The position numbers and the translations under genes were made by a program. The notes under the pieces are model-generated. The model was not told the origin of the DNA, did not search any database, and saw only the letters and a list, made by a program, of their open reading frames with translations. Of a DNA stretch of 64,000 nucleotides, positions 1-10,353 are shown one piece after another (positions within the stretch are counted from its first letter, which is position 1; every line of letters begins with the position of its first letter). Origin of the DNA: Candidatus Binatia bacterium (GTDB lineage Bacteria > Desulfobacterota > Binatia > Bin18); contig OY761159.2 of assembly GCA_963664395.2 (NCBI GenBank), forward strand, positions 1,376,001 to 1,440,000, given 5' to 3'.

Positions 1-1418
1 GATCGTTTCACAGAATCAGAAGAGGCTTCGGCCTCATATGTTTCGACTTGCTCAACACCTGACTCAACCGGCTCAACTGCGACAACTTCTTCGTCGCCCT
101 CGGCCTCTTCTGCCACATCTTCGCTGACTTCAAAGTCGTCGTCTTCAATCATGTCATCGACTGATGCAGTCTCTTCAACACGCGTGCTTGCAGGGCTTGC
201 AGGGCTTGCAGGGCGGGCATTCTCAGCTTCTTCTTCAGCGCTCAACACGCCAGCGGCTTCAAGCGCTTCAGTATCATCTTCAAGCTCAAAATCATCGGCA
301 TCGATTTCAAGGGTGAGTATTTCGTCGTCAGAAGGACCACGGCCCTCCCCGGCGGAGGCCTCATTCTCGGCCTGTTCCAATGCTCCGAAGTCGTCTTTAT
401 CATCCTCGAACTCCAGCGCTTCGATGTCAGCAGACTCAAAGCCTTCTCGCTCTGCTTCCAATGCCTCCAAGTCCACTTCTTGATAGGTGTCGCCCACTTC
501 GTAGGACCGTTCATCATCTTCAAAGGCGTCATTAAGGGCACGCTCTTCCTGCTCGGTCTCTTTCTCCGCGGCCAGCCTTTCCGTGTCAGCCTCCGTCCGG
601 GCCAGGCGTTCCCCGTCTTCTTGTTTTTTCAACTCGGAAACAAGCAACAATAATGGATCGACTCCAGCAACAGGGACTCCGTTCGAGCCGACGGCTTCGT
701 CCTCTTCAACTTGGCCGTCATTGATATTTGCCATGCGGGCGGCCTGCGCCCGGGCCGCCAAATCGGCCAACTCGACATTGCCTTCTTCGCTCAAGATCCG
801 TTCGAGCCGGCCCAAGGCTTCCGCGGTGGCATCGGTCTCGGAGTATTGCTCAATCAGGCTGCGCAGGCGTGCTTTTGTGGCAGCAACATTACCACGTTTC
901 TTATTGAAATTCGCAACGAGCAGTTCGTGGCCGGCCAGGGTATCACGGGCAGATTTGCTCTTTTCTTCCGCTTGGAGGACAAAAGCACTTTCCGGATAGC
1001 GGTCTATCACCTCTTGGAAAAATCCGTCTGCCCGGCGCGTCACCGCCTGATCACGATCCATGGAACGGATCTGGCTATAGTTCGTAATCCCAAGAAAATA
1101 CTTGACAAACGGCATATGTCGGCTGGTCGGATACGCCCGCTCAAAATCCTTAAAGGCTCCCGTGGCCTCGGCGTAACTTTCTTCCATAAAAAGCCCATAG
1201 GCCGCTTTGAGCTGGGATTCCTCGGCATACGGGTTGAGCGGATATTGATCCAGCAATTCCTGATACTGCTCGGAAGCCCCCAGATAGTCCTCGTCGGTAA
1301 AAGACTCGGCTGCCTGCTGATAATACTCTTTTGCCGAGGGGCGTCTGAGGGTTGCTGAGCACCCCCACACGCCCAGCAGAACGATGCTCAAACAGAGGAC
1401 CCATATTCGTTCGGACAT
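1..1418 (-). CDS. bamD: Outer membrane assembly lipoprotein BamD with long acidic C-terminal extension (3' end beyond window)
   Basis: Hand translation from ATG at 1418: MSERIWVLCLSIVLLGVWG-C lipobox, then EYYQQAAESF...YQELLDQYPLNPYAEESQLKAAY...FERAYPTS...DRDQAVT...IDRYPESAF...LAGHELLVANF (BamD/YfiO TPR pattern). Absent from the ORF track because there is no stop in the window. Confidence 0.85.
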   Translation of the reverse strand, partial: MSERIWVLCLSIVLLGVWGCSATLRRPSAKEYYQQAAESFTDEDYLGASEQYQELLDQYPLNPYAEESQLKAAYGLFMEESYAEATGAFKDFERAYPTSRHMPFVKYFLGITNYSQIRSMDRDQAVTRRADGFFQEVIDRYPESAFVLQAEEKSKSARDTLAGHELLVANFNKKRGNVAATKARLRSLIEQYSETDATAEALGRLERILSEEGNVELADLAARAQAARMANINDGQVEEDEAVGSNGVPVAGVDPLLLLVSELKKQEDGERLARTEADTERLAAEKETEQEERALNDAFEDDERSYEVGDTYQEVDLEALEAEREGFESADIEALEFEDDKDDFGALEQAENEASAGEGRGPSDDEILTLEIDADDFELEDDTEALEAAGVLSAEEEAENARPASPASPASTRVEETASVDDMIEDDDFEVSEDVAEEAEGDEEVVAVEPVESGVEQVETYEAEASSDSVKR

Positions 1419-1544
1419 TGTTCTGCACGCTAGAGGATTTCCGCAAGGGTTTCAATGTACCCGGCGTTGAGCGGCGCGCCGGCGAATGGGAGTATGAAAT
1501 ATGTGTGACCGCGGCGCATGGGCGCGGGCTGGCCGCGTTAGCCT

Positions 1545-3647
1545 TCAAATGGCTGCAAACCGGTCGGGCTCTTCCTCGACTGGCATCTGTGCCTCGGACT
1601 GTACCTTTGTAAATTCATACAGGCGTTGCTGAGAACGGACGGGTTGGAGCGGGTCAGGCTCCACCCGCTGGGAGCGTCCATCGGGTAGGATTATGCGGGC
1701 CTTGACCGTATCTGCCAGTTGAATGCTGAGCATTTCAAACAGCTGGTCCTGGATATGGGGGTCAAGGATAGGGAAGGCCACTTCCACTCGGCGGTCCAGA
1801 TTGCGCGGCATCCAGTCGGCGGAGGATAGGAAATACTCGGCCTCGCCATCATTATGAAAATAAAAGATGCGGGCATGTTCGAGGTAGCGATCAATAATAG
1901 AAATCACCCGGATACGTTCGGATATGCCTGGCAGTCCGGGCCGCAGGCAGCAGATGCCACGGATGATGAGATCAATCTCGACGCCCGCCTGACTGGCGGT
2001 ATACAACTCCTCAATCATGGCCGCGTCAACCAGACTGTTGATCTTGGCAATGACTCTGGCGGGTCTCCCCTCCAGGGCGTGTTCCGCTTCGCGCCGAATC
2101 CGCTCGATCATCCCCTCCCGCATACTCGTGGGAGCGACCAGGAGATGGTGAAACGCCTGCGGACGGGTATAGCCGGTTAACAGATTAAACAGATCCGTGA
2201 GATCGTCGCCAAAGGACTCACGGCAGGTAAAGAGACCGAGGTCGCCGTATATGCCACTCGTATTCACGTTATAGTTGCCGGTTGCCAGATGACAGTAGCG
2301 GCGGATACCATCATTCTCACGCCGCACCACCAGACACGCCTTGCAGTGCGTCTTATAGCCAACCAGACCATACACAACATGGGCGCCGACTTCTTCGAGC
2401 GCACGCGCCCAGGTAATATTGGCTTCCTCATCAAAACGGGCTCGGAGCTCGACCAGGACGGCCACTTCCTTGCCCGCTTCTGCGGCCCTGGTGAGCGCGT
2501 GGGCAATAGGCGAAGTCGGGCTGACCCGGTAGAGGGTCATTTTAATGGCAAGGACATTCGGGTCTGTTGCCGCCTCGTCCACAAAACGCGTGACCACATC
2601 GAAAGATTGGTAGGGATGATGCACCAGGATGTCACCCTCCCGAATCGCACTCCACATATCAGGCTTTTGCTCAAAGGCCGGGGTCGGGAGGGGCGTCCAC
2701 GGCTGGTCTTTGTGCTGCGGCAGGTCAACCGCTCCATAGAGTTGAAACAAGTCGGTAAAAGCGGTGAACCCCTCACCGGGATACAGGTCTTCGGGTTGCA
2801 GGTCGAGCTCATCAATAAACATATTGAGGACGCCCTGAGGCAGATCAGGGTCGTATTGCAGCCGCACCGCAGTCCCCATGCGTCGCTCTCGAACGCTCTC
2901 TTCGATACTCGTGAGTAAATCTTCCGTGCGGCCTATCGACAGGGCAGAGTCCGCGTCCCGCGTCACCCGGACGGCATGACACGACAGGATCTCATAGCCA
3001 TGATACGGGCGGGGTAAATACAGCCGAACGACATCTTCAAGCAAGATAAAGATGTGCTTGCCGGGTGGGGCCGGCAGAGCCATAAAGCGGTGGACGACTT
3101 GGCTGGGAACATGGACAACCGCCAGTTTGGTCTGGGGCAGACGGGAGGGCCCGGCGGAGCGCAAGGCAGCGACCAGGCACAGAGACCGATTGCCCAGGTG
3201 GGGAAAGGGATGGCCGGGATCAATCGCCAGCGGCGTGACAACCGGCAGCAAGGTCCGACGAAAGAACTCTTCCAGAAAATGGCTTTGCTCGGCACTCAAC
3301 TCTTCTGGATGGGCAAAATGAATCCCCTCAGCCTCCAACTGCGGCTGGATTGTCTCCAGAAAGCCACGATGTTGTTCCTCGGCCAGCTCATGGACTCGCT
3401 TTGAAATAGCTTTCAGTGTCTGGGCCGGCGTCATTCCATCCGGGCCAGCCTCCAGGTCGCCCTGAGCAATGCGACGCTTGAGCCGCGCCACCCGGATCAT
3501 AAAAAATTCGTCCATATTGGCGCTGAATATGGCCATGAACTTGACCCGTTCGAGCAGGGGTACACTTTCATCGAACGCTTCTTCAAGCACGCGTCGGTTA
3601 AATTCGAGCCAGGACAACTCACGGTTAATGAACGGCTTGTATTCCAT
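1545..3647 (-). CDS. ppk1: Polyphosphate kinase 1
   Basis: FINRELSWLEFNRRVL, HHPYQSF, IKMTLYR, ELRARFDE, KTHCK, SADWMPRNLDRRVE. Probable ATG at 3647. Confidence 0.97.
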   Translation of the reverse strand: MEYKPFINRELSWLEFNRRVLEEAFDESVPLLERVKFMAIFSANMDEFFMIRVARLKRRIAQGDLEAGPDGMTPAQTLKAISKRVHELAEEQHRGFLETIQPQLEAEGIHFAHPEELSAEQSHFLEEFFRRTLLPVVTPLAIDPGHPFPHLGNRSLCLVAALRSAGPSRLPQTKLAVVHVPSQVVHRFMALPAPPGKHIFILLEDVVRLYLPRPYHGYEILSCHAVRVTRDADSALSIGRTEDLLTSIEESVRERRMGTAVRLQYDPDLPQGVLNMFIDELDLQPEDLYPGEGFTAFTDLFQLYGAVDLPQHKDQPWTPLPTPAFEQKPDMWSAIREGDILVHHPYQSFDVVTRFVDEAATDPNVLAIKMTLYRVSPTSPIAHALTRAAEAGKEVAVLVELRARFDEEANITWARALEEVGAHVVYGLVGYKTHCKACLVVRRENDGIRRYCHLATGNYNVNTSGIYGDLGLFTCRESFGDDLTDLFNLLTGYTRPQAFHHLLVAPTSMREGMIERIRREAEHALEGRPARVIAKINSLVDAAMIEELYTASQAGVEIDLIIRGICCLRPGLPGISERIRVISIIDRYLEHARIFYFHNDGEAEYFLSSADWMPRNLDRRVEVAFPILDPHIQDQLFEMLSIQLADTVKARIILPDGRSQRVEPDPLQPVRSQQRLYEFTKVQSEAQMPVEEEPDRFAAI

Positions 3648-3842
3648 TGCGCTTACCGCCGGGTATCGGCACACTCTGAAAATGATACAAGCTCAGAGCG
3701 CTGCATGGCAACCCCGTGAGGCGGCAGGAGGAAAGAGGAAGGGGCGCTGCCAGGGCATGTGACCCTGGGGGAGGGAGGTCTGACACCGCACCTAGCAGCG
3801 CCGGGGGGAGGGATAGCGGCTGGTGTCTTTCTACTGCCTCTC

Positions 3843-3884
3843 ACGTGACAGCATTGTGACCCTACGGTGAAAAGTGTATGACTC
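3843..3884 (-). promoter_or_regulatory. Pho box array upstream of ppk1
   Basis: Minus-strand GTCAT/TTCAC/GTCAC/GTCAC half-sites at exact 11-bp spacing (+ strand positions 3878, 3867, 3856, 3845). Confidence 0.7.
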
Positions 3885-3991
3885 CGGAGGCCCATTGTGC
3901 CGCCCCCCTCCAGCCCAACTTGATCCACCCCTGAATCCAACGCTATGGTACGCAGAGCTTCCTCTCACCAACCTCAGTAAGAACACGACGC

Positions 3992-5413
3992 ATGGAAACG
4001 CATACGCCAGATTCAGCAACTTCGGCTGCCTCTCCTCAGGCGCCGGCGCAAGCACCTTCACAAGCACCTTCACAAGCACCTTCATTGGAACATCTCATCA
4101 TTCAGGCTGAGCTGGGTCAGGATGAGATTGTCCGGACGGGGGTCGCAGCCCTCCATCCGGCGGACACGGCAGAGTTGTTGAATGTGTTGGAAGAGCCCGA
4201 GGTGAAGCACAAAGTGTTTGGCTTCCTGGCCGTACCGCAAGCAGCTGAAGTCCTCAGCCTCGTTTCTGCACACACCAAAGACGCGCTGGTCGAACGCTTG
4301 TCGGATGACGGGCTGGGAGATCTGGTCGAATATCTTGACTCTGATGATGCCACTGACTTGCTGGCCTCCTTATCGGCCCGCCGCGCCAGAGCTGTTCTCG
4401 ACGAGGTGCCGCAGGACCTGTCCGACGAGGTAGCGCAACTCTTGCGCTATCCCGAGGATACGGCCGGTGGGATCATGCAGGTCGAATATATGGCGGTGTC
4501 CCAAGGCACGCGTATCGACCAGGCCATTGAGATGATTCGCAGTCGGAGCGATGAAATCCCGGACATCCACATCGTCTTTATCGTGAGTAACACCAATCAC
4601 CTGGTCGGTGTTTTACCTCTCCGAAAATTTATTCTCGCCCGCCCGACTGATCTCGTTGAAACCGTCATGGACCAGCAGGTCATTTCGGTTCGGGCGGATC
4701 TGGACCAGGAACAAGTCGCCCAGATGTTTAAAAAATATGACCTGATTTCTCTGCCCGTGGTCGATAGCGAAGGCCGCTTACTCGGGCGTATTACGGTCGA
4801 TGACGTGGTTGATGTGATGGAAGAGGAGGCGACGGAAGACATTTACAAGCTCGCCGGGCTCGATGAAGAGGAAGAAGTTCTGGACTCACCCTGGCAGTCT
4901 ATCCGTCTGCGGCTGCCCTGGCTGGCACTCAATTTGGTGACCACAACGCTGAGCGCCCTGGTCATTGCCTTTTTCGAGGGGACGATTCAGCAAATTGCCA
5001 TTGCCGCGGCCTTTATGACCATTGTGGCGGCCCAAGGTGGAAATGCCGGCGTGCAAACGCTCACCGTCATCGTGCGGGGTATTGCTTTAGGGGAAGTCCC
5101 CCTGACACAAACCAGGCGCGTGTTGGTCAAGGAATTGACCATAGCGCTGGGCAATGGTCTTGCCCTTGGCTGTGCGGCCGGCATTGTTGCCTACCTGTGG
5201 AAAGGCGATGCCACGCTGGGTGTTGTGCTGGCGCTGGCGCTGCTGATCAACCTGATTATTGCTGCGTTTGTCGGGAGTATGGTCCCACTGACCCTGCGTC
5301 GCCTGGGTATTGATCCGGCAGTGGCCTCAAACGTGTTTGTGACGGCGTGTACCGATATCTGCGGCTTTTTATCTTTTTTGGGTATTTTAACCCTGTTTCT
5401 ACAATTTGCCTGA
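3992..5413 (+). CDS. mgtE: Magnesium transporter MgtE
   Basis: LHPAD, YPEDTAGGIM, CBS pair, ITVDDVVDV, RLPWL, GGNAGVQ, GIDPAVAS. Confidence 0.95.
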   Translation: METHTPDSATSAASPQAPAQAPSQAPSQAPSLEHLIIQAELGQDEIVRTGVAALHPADTAELLNVLEEPEVKHKVFGFLAVPQAAEVLSLVSAHTKDALVERLSDDGLGDLVEYLDSDDATDLLASLSARRARAVLDEVPQDLSDEVAQLLRYPEDTAGGIMQVEYMAVSQGTRIDQAIEMIRSRSDEIPDIHIVFIVSNTNHLVGVLPLRKFILARPTDLVETVMDQQVISVRADLDQEQVAQMFKKYDLISLPVVDSEGRLLGRITVDDVVDVMEEEATEDIYKLAGLDEEEEVLDSPWQSIRLRLPWLALNLVTTTLSALVIAFFEGTIQQIAIAAAFMTIVAAQGGNAGVQTLTVIVRGIALGEVPLTQTRRVLVKELTIALGNGLALGCAAGIVAYLWKGDATLGVVLALALLINLIIAAFVGSMVPLTLRRLGIDPAVASNVFVTACTDICGFLSFLGILTLFLQFA

Positions 5414-5604
5414 CAGTGGCTCTGCCGGTAAGGAAGCCTATGCGTCCCCTATCCCTGCTCGTTGCTATTATCAGTCTTTCTAATAATTGAGATTCGTATA
5501 ATTCAGGTCGAATTATCTTCCCAAACCCGTATATCCATGCTATAGGACCTGCTTTCTTGTTAAATGTATACATAGCTGAGTTCTCCCCGACTCGGCATGT
5601 ATCA

Positions 5605-5647
5605 AGGCCCGTGGGTTTCCCCTCCTTTTTCCCACGGGCCTTTTTTT
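5605..5647 (+). terminator. Intrinsic terminator downstream of mgtE
   Basis: AAGGCCCGTGGG / CCCACGGGCCTT stem followed by a T run. Confidence 0.75.
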
Positions 5648-5732
5648 GTCTCTCGCGGCTGAGCGGTGTGGAGCGGGACAGGCCGCCATGCTGAAGCCAG
5701 CGCCTACTCTTGCAATACTGAGAATATATATA

Positions 5733-5772
5733 GTTCATGCAGATGTCTTTGCTCTGTAACGTCAGTGTCATA
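5733..5772 (+). promoter_or_regulatory. Pho box array upstream of acr3
   Basis: GTTCATG (5733), TGTCTTT (5744), TGTAACG (5755), TGTCATA (5766): 11-bp period. Confidence 0.6.
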
Positions 5773-5851
5773 TTCTTTGGCTTAGGTTACAGGGCTCGAG
5801 TTCTTCCCTTTTGGACTCCGTTTTCTTTCAGGAGCAGGAGAGAGGACACCA

Positions 5852-7081
5852 ATGGCAACCAAACCATCTCCGTTCAAGCCGTCACAGGGGCTGAGTGTTT
5901 TTGAGCGCTACCTCACTGTCTGGGTCCTGCTGTGTATTGCCGTGGGCATCGGTCTTGGGAGTGTCGCGCCAGGTATGGCGACCTTTCTTGACGGGCTGTC
6001 CCTGTATGTCGGAGACGCCCCGGTTGTCTCGATTCCTATTGCGATTTGTTTGTTCTTCATGATGTACCCCATCATGGTCAAAATCGACTTCGCCGAAGTC
6101 ATTCGAGCGGGTCAAAGCGTCCGGCCGGTTGGACTCACCTTGTTTATCAATTGGGCCATCAAACCCTTCAGCATGTATGCGATTGCCGTTCTTTTTCTCG
6201 GGAGCTTCTTTCTCGATGTGATCGGCCCGGAGGCGGTTGACCACGTTAAAATGCCGCTCGGTCTCAATCTGCCGGTTGGGTCGGCTCACGGCTCCGGTAC
6301 CGTCGTGTTGATTGACGGCCTCAAGATGTTGGAGGTGCCGCTGTGGCGCAGCTATCTGGCCGGCTGTATTCTGCTGGGCATCGCGCCGTGTACGGCCATG
6401 GTCCTGGTCTGGGGCTATCTGGCCAAGGGGAATGACAGCCTGACCCTTGTCATGGTCGCTATCAACTCTCTGACCATGCTGGTCCTGTATGGCGTGTTAG
6501 GCGAGGTGCTGCTCGGTATCGGCCGGCTGCCGGTCCCCTGGCAAGCCCTCCTGTTCTCCATTGGCGTATATGTCGCGCTGCCACTGGTGGCGGGCTATTG
6601 CTCCCGTCAGTGGATTATTCGTACCAAAGGCGAACAATGGTTTCGTGAGCGCTTTCTCCACTTTCTCACGCCTGTCACCATTAGCGCGCTCCTCATCACC
6701 CTGGTCCTGCTGTTCTCCCTCAAAGGCGCAATGATTCTGTCCAATCCGCTGATGATAGTCTGGATTGCGATTCCCCTCTTCATTCAAACGGTCTTTGTTT
6801 TCGCGCTGGCGTATGGGCTGGCGAAAGCCCTGGGAATGTCTTACCAAAACGCAGCCCCGACCGCACTCATTGGTGCCTCAAACCATTTCGAGGTTGCCAT
6901 TGCCACGGCAACCATGCTGTTTGGGCTGTCATCCGGAGCCGCCTTGGCAACGGTTGTGGGTGTACTGATTGAGGTCCCGGTTATGTTACTGCTGGTTCGC
7001 TTTTGCCAACGAACCGAGGGCTGGTTTGCAGCGGCCGCTCCCCGACCCACTTCTCAGGAAATGCCGCGTCCGGAAGGATAG
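5852..7081 (+). CDS. acr3: Arsenite efflux transporter, Acr3 family
   Basis: [59 protein letters not shown]. Confidence 0.95.
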   Translation: MATKPSPFKPSQGLSVFERYLTVWVLLCIAVGIGLGSVAPGMATFLDGLSLYVGDAPVVSIPIAICLFFMMYPIMVKIDFAEVIRAGQSVRPVGLTLFINWAIKPFSMYAIAVLFLGSFFLDVIGPEAVDHVKMPLGLNLPVGSAHGSGTVVLIDGLKMLEVPLWRSYLAGCILLGIAPCTAMVLVWGYLAKGNDSLTLVMVAINSLTMLVLYGVLGEVLLGIGRLPVPWQALLFSIGVYVALPLVAGYCSRQWIIRTKGEQWFRERFLHFLTPVTISALLITLVLLFSLKGAMILSNPLMIVWIAIPLFIQTVFVFALAYGLAKALGMSYQNAAPTALIGASNHFEVAIATATMLFGLSSGAALATVVGVLIEVPVMLLLVRFCQRTEGWFAAAAPRPTSQEMPRPEG

Positions 7082-7157
7082 AGAGCCGGGGAGCAATTTT
7101 CTCAGTCTTTTATGCATTTATACGGCTGTCTTTCGGTCGTAAGGAGGGAACGCACTG

Positions 7158-7571
7158 TTGAAAAAAATTATGGTAGTGGAGGACGAGACCAGTATTGCCC
7201 ATCTGATCGCCTATAATCTGGAGCAAGCCGGCTACTGGGTCGAAACCGCCGAAGATGGAGAGCAAGCCTGCACGCGGGTTGAATCATTTAGGCCCGATCT
7301 GGTGACCTTGGACCTGCTGCTGCCGCTCAAAAGCGGCTGGCAGGTCTTAGCATGTATCCGCCGGCATCCTGATGCACACATCCGTCAGGTGCCGATTATT
7401 GTAGTGAGCGTTCTTGCTTCTCAGAAGCAGCAACAGGAACTGAAACACAACGGCGTGCAACACTGTCTAAGCAAGCCATTTTCTCTTTCCGAACTCTGCC
7501 GGCTGGTCCACCAACAGACCCGCCCTGCTCTTCATAAGCTGATACAGGCCGCGTACCGGACAACCGGCTAG
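7158..7571 (+). CDS. Single-domain response regulator (receiver only)
   Basis: KKIMVVEDE, PDLVTLDLLLP, KPF; no output domain; AAGGAGG RBS before TTG start. Confidence 0.85.
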   Translation: MKKIMVVEDETSIAHLIAYNLEQAGYWVETAEDGEQACTRVESFRPDLVTLDLLLPLKSGWQVLACIRRHPDAHIRQVPIIVVSVLASQKQQQELKHNGVQHCLSKPFSLSELCRLVHQQTRPALHKLIQAAYRTTG

Positions 7572-7690
7572 CTGCGTCGCTGCATTCGTGCGCATACGTC
7601 CTTTTCGGACCTCCTTGTCGCCCGAAATCCGCCTTGACATTCAGCGTGTTCCATTCCCTCCAGTCAGCTCTCGATATATGCGACCCGGAT

Positions 7691-7730
7691 CTTCACACAC
7701 TCATAACGATCCCGTCATTTTCTCGTAACA
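7691..7730 (+). promoter_or_regulatory. Pho box array upstream of porin
   Basis: CTTCACA (7691), CATAACG (7702), CGTCATT (7713), CGTAACA (7724): 11-bp period. Confidence 0.7.
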
Positions 7731-7853
7731 GCCCGGATTTATCCTGGCCTCTGTCCAGTCCACCTGAGAGGGGGTGATCTACGACCTATAGACGCATCCG
7801 TACCGGAAGGAATGCAGAGAAAGAATTCAATCTATGAGGAGGAGAAACACGAT

Positions 7854-9281
7854 ATGAGAAGATTGGGATTAGCGCTCTGTGCCGGCCTTGTTGCTGCAGG
7901 GCTGCTCATGGCACGACCGGCGCAGGCAAAGAATGTAGCCGCGGAAATTCTTGATATTCTGAAGGCTAACGGGCAGATCAGCGAGCAGCAGTACCGCGAT
8001 CTGATGATTAAGGCCCAAGCCGAGGACGAGCAGGCGACCGCCGCGGCAGAGGTCGGTCCTGGCCTGACGGAAAAGATCGAAAAAATCGAAAAGAGCGTCG
8101 ATAAGAAAAACTTCCTGGCCGCGTACTGGAAGAGCGGCCTGCGGCTCGACTCGGCCGACGACAAGTTCAAGCTCAAAATCGGCGGACGGGTGCAGAACGA
8201 CTGGAGCGTCTACAGTACGCGCAAAAAGCTACGAACGAAGTTCGGTCGGATTGGCGACGGCTCGGAGTTCCGACGTGCCCGCCTGTTCATGGAAGGCAGT
8301 GTGTACGGCAATATCAAGTACAAAATGCAGTACGACTTCGCCAGCTCCGACCCGTTCAAGGACGCCTATATTCAGGTCAAGAAGCTGCCCCTGGTCGGGA
8401 ACTTTACGGTCGGCCACTACAAGGAGCCGTTCTCGCTCGAAGAGTTGACCAGCAGTAAATACATTACCTTTATGGAGCGCTCGTTGCCCAACGTGTTCTC
8501 CAGTGGACGTAACCTCGGGGTGCGGCTGAACAGGGATTTCATGGATAAACGCGCCACCGCGGCGTTCGGTTTTTTCCGCGAGGGCAATCCGGCCGATACG
8601 AGTACGACCTTCGGGAACAGCGGGATATACAACGCCACGACGCGGCTGACCTTCCTGCCCTGGTATCAGGAAAAGGGCAGGCGGCTGGTCCACCTCGGGC
8701 TGTCGTACAGACACGCGTTTCACGACGAAGCCAATCAGATTCGGTTCCGCCAGCGACCCGAGGCCCACCTCGGCCCCCGGTTCGTCGAAACACCGAAGTT
8801 CCAGGTCGAGGCCATTGACTACTTCAACCCCGAGGTGGCTTTGGTCTACGGCCCGGCCTCGTTGCAGTTCGAGTGGATGAGCGCATTGGTCGACCGGCCT
8901 ATTGGCGACGCTATCCAATACAACGGCTACTACATCTTCGGTAGCTTCTTCCTGACCGGCGAGCACCGTCCGTACAAGACATCGAGCGGCGCGTTCGATC
9001 GGGTCAAGCCCAAGAACAACTTTGACGGGAAGGGCGGCTGGGGCGCTCTGGAGCTCGCGGCCCGCTACTCCATGCTGGACCTGAACGACGAAGACCTGAA
9101 CGGCGGTGAGTTGTCCAACTTCACCTTCGGCCTCAACTGGTACCTCAACCCCAACGTGCGCTTCATGCTCAATTACGTGCGGGCGATGTTGGACGAGGAT
9201 GACTGCTATTTGAAAGGCAGCAAGGGCAACCACTGCAGCGACACCGACATTGTCCAGGCGCGGTTTCAAGTCGATTTTTAA
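7854..9281 (+). CDS. Phosphate-selective porin OprO/OprP family
   Basis: Signal peptide, KIGGRVQND, FRRARL, KEPFSLEELTSSKYITFMERS, GLNWYLNPNVRFM, C-terminal F. Confidence 0.9.
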   Translation: MRRLGLALCAGLVAAGLLMARPAQAKNVAAEILDILKANGQISEQQYRDLMIKAQAEDEQATAAAEVGPGLTEKIEKIEKSVDKKNFLAAYWKSGLRLDSADDKFKLKIGGRVQNDWSVYSTRKKLRTKFGRIGDGSEFRRARLFMEGSVYGNIKYKMQYDFASSDPFKDAYIQVKKLPLVGNFTVGHYKEPFSLEELTSSKYITFMERSLPNVFSSGRNLGVRLNRDFMDKRATAAFGFFREGNPADTSTTFGNSGIYNATTRLTFLPWYQEKGRRLVHLGLSYRHAFHDEANQIRFRQRPEAHLGPRFVETPKFQVEAIDYFNPEVALVYGPASLQFEWMSALVDRPIGDAIQYNGYYIFGSFFLTGEHRPYKTSSGAFDRVKPKNNFDGKGGWGALELAARYSMLDLNDEDLNGGELSNFTFGLNWYLNPNVRFMLNYVRAMLDEDDCYLKGSKGNHCSDTDIVQARFQVDF

Positions 9282-9316
9282 TGTTCACGTCATCACTCCG
9301 TAACACGAGTGCAACA
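9277..9316 (+). promoter_or_regulatory. Pho box array upstream of pstS
   Basis: TTTAATG (9277), CGTCATC (9288), CGTAACA (9299), TGCAACA (9310): 11-bp period. Confidence 0.7.
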
Positions 9317-9345
9317 CTCACCCATCTATAGTGGAGGATAACGGT

Positions 9346-10314
9346 ATGCGAATAAAGAAAATACTGGCAGCCTGCGGAGCCGTGGCTCTCAGCACTTCTC
9401 TGGCTACCGCCCAGACGATTGAAGTCGATGCTGGTTTGCCAAGCTACGAAAAGGTCAGCGGTGTCTCGGGAAACCTGAACAGTATCGGTTCAGACACGTT
9501 CAACAATCTGATGACCCTGTGGGCAGAAGGGTTTAAGAAAGTCTACCCCAACGTGAACGTCCAGATCGAAGGAAAGGGCTCAAGCACGGCTCCCCCAGCT
9601 TTGATTGAAGCCACGGCCCAACTTGGTCCTATGTCGCGGGCCATGAAGAGCAAAGAGCAAGACGCCTTTGAGGAGAAGTTCGGCTACAAACCGACCCCGA
9701 TCCGGACCTCGCTTGACTCATTGGCCGTCTTTGTCAATAAGGACAATCCGGTCACAGGCCTCAATCTTCGGCAGGTCGATGCCCTGTTCTCAAAAAATCG
9801 CAAATGCGGCGCAATTGCCGACGCCTCTACATGGGGCAACCTTGGTCTGACGGGAGACTGGGCATCAGCTCCAATCAGTCTGTACGGTCGTAATTCTGCC
9901 TCTGGGACGTACGGCTTCTTTAAGAAAAAAGCGCTGTGCAAGGGCGACTACAAAGACACGGTTAAAGAACAGCCGGGTTCGGCCTCTGTGGTCCAAGGCG
10001 TGAGCGAAGACCGCAACGGCGCAGGCTACAGCGGTATTGGCTACACGACCTCCGGCGTGCGTCCTATTCCCCTGGTCAAGAAAGGCAGTGACTATGTCGC
10101 GCCCACATACGGAAACGTCGCCAGCGGGAAATATCCCTTATCCCGTTTCCTGTACGTCTATGTGAATAAGGAGCCGAACAAGGCGCTCGATCCCCTGACC
10201 AAGGAATTTCTCAAGTTTGTCCTGAGTAAAGAAGGCCAGAAGATTGTGGTCAAGGACGGCTACTACCCGCTGTCCGCCCAGCTGGTGGCTGCCGACCGAG
10301 CCGCGTTGGAATAA
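9346..10314 (+). CDS. pstS: Phosphate ABC transporter substrate-binding protein
   Basis: [33 protein letters not shown]. Confidence 0.95.
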   Translation: MRIKKILAACGAVALSTSLATAQTIEVDAGLPSYEKVSGVSGNLNSIGSDTFNNLMTLWAEGFKKVYPNVNVQIEGKGSSTAPPALIEATAQLGPMSRAMKSKEQDAFEEKFGYKPTPIRTSLDSLAVFVNKDNPVTGLNLRQVDALFSKNRKCGAIADASTWGNLGLTGDWASAPISLYGRNSASGTYGFFKKKALCKGDYKDTVKEQPGSASVVQGVSEDRNGAGYSGIGYTTSGVRPIPLVKKGSDYVAPTYGNVASGKYPLSRFLYVYVNKEPNKALDPLTKEFLKFVLSKEGQKIVVKDGYYPLSAQLVAADRAALE

Positions 10315-10353
10315 TCGCGCTGCCCACATATGCATTCGTATCGGGATTAACCA

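Noticed and set aside
151-1358. Several + strand ORFs at the left edge
   Set aside because: Shadows of the minus-strand bamD frame that the ORF track missed.
7799-7817. CCGGAAGGAATGCAG resembling the SRP RNA loop
   Set aside because: Lacks the flanking helix; a canonical ffs is at 63713-63815.
8229-9269. 346-aa minus-strand ORF
   Set aside because: Antisense to the strongly codon-biased porin gene.
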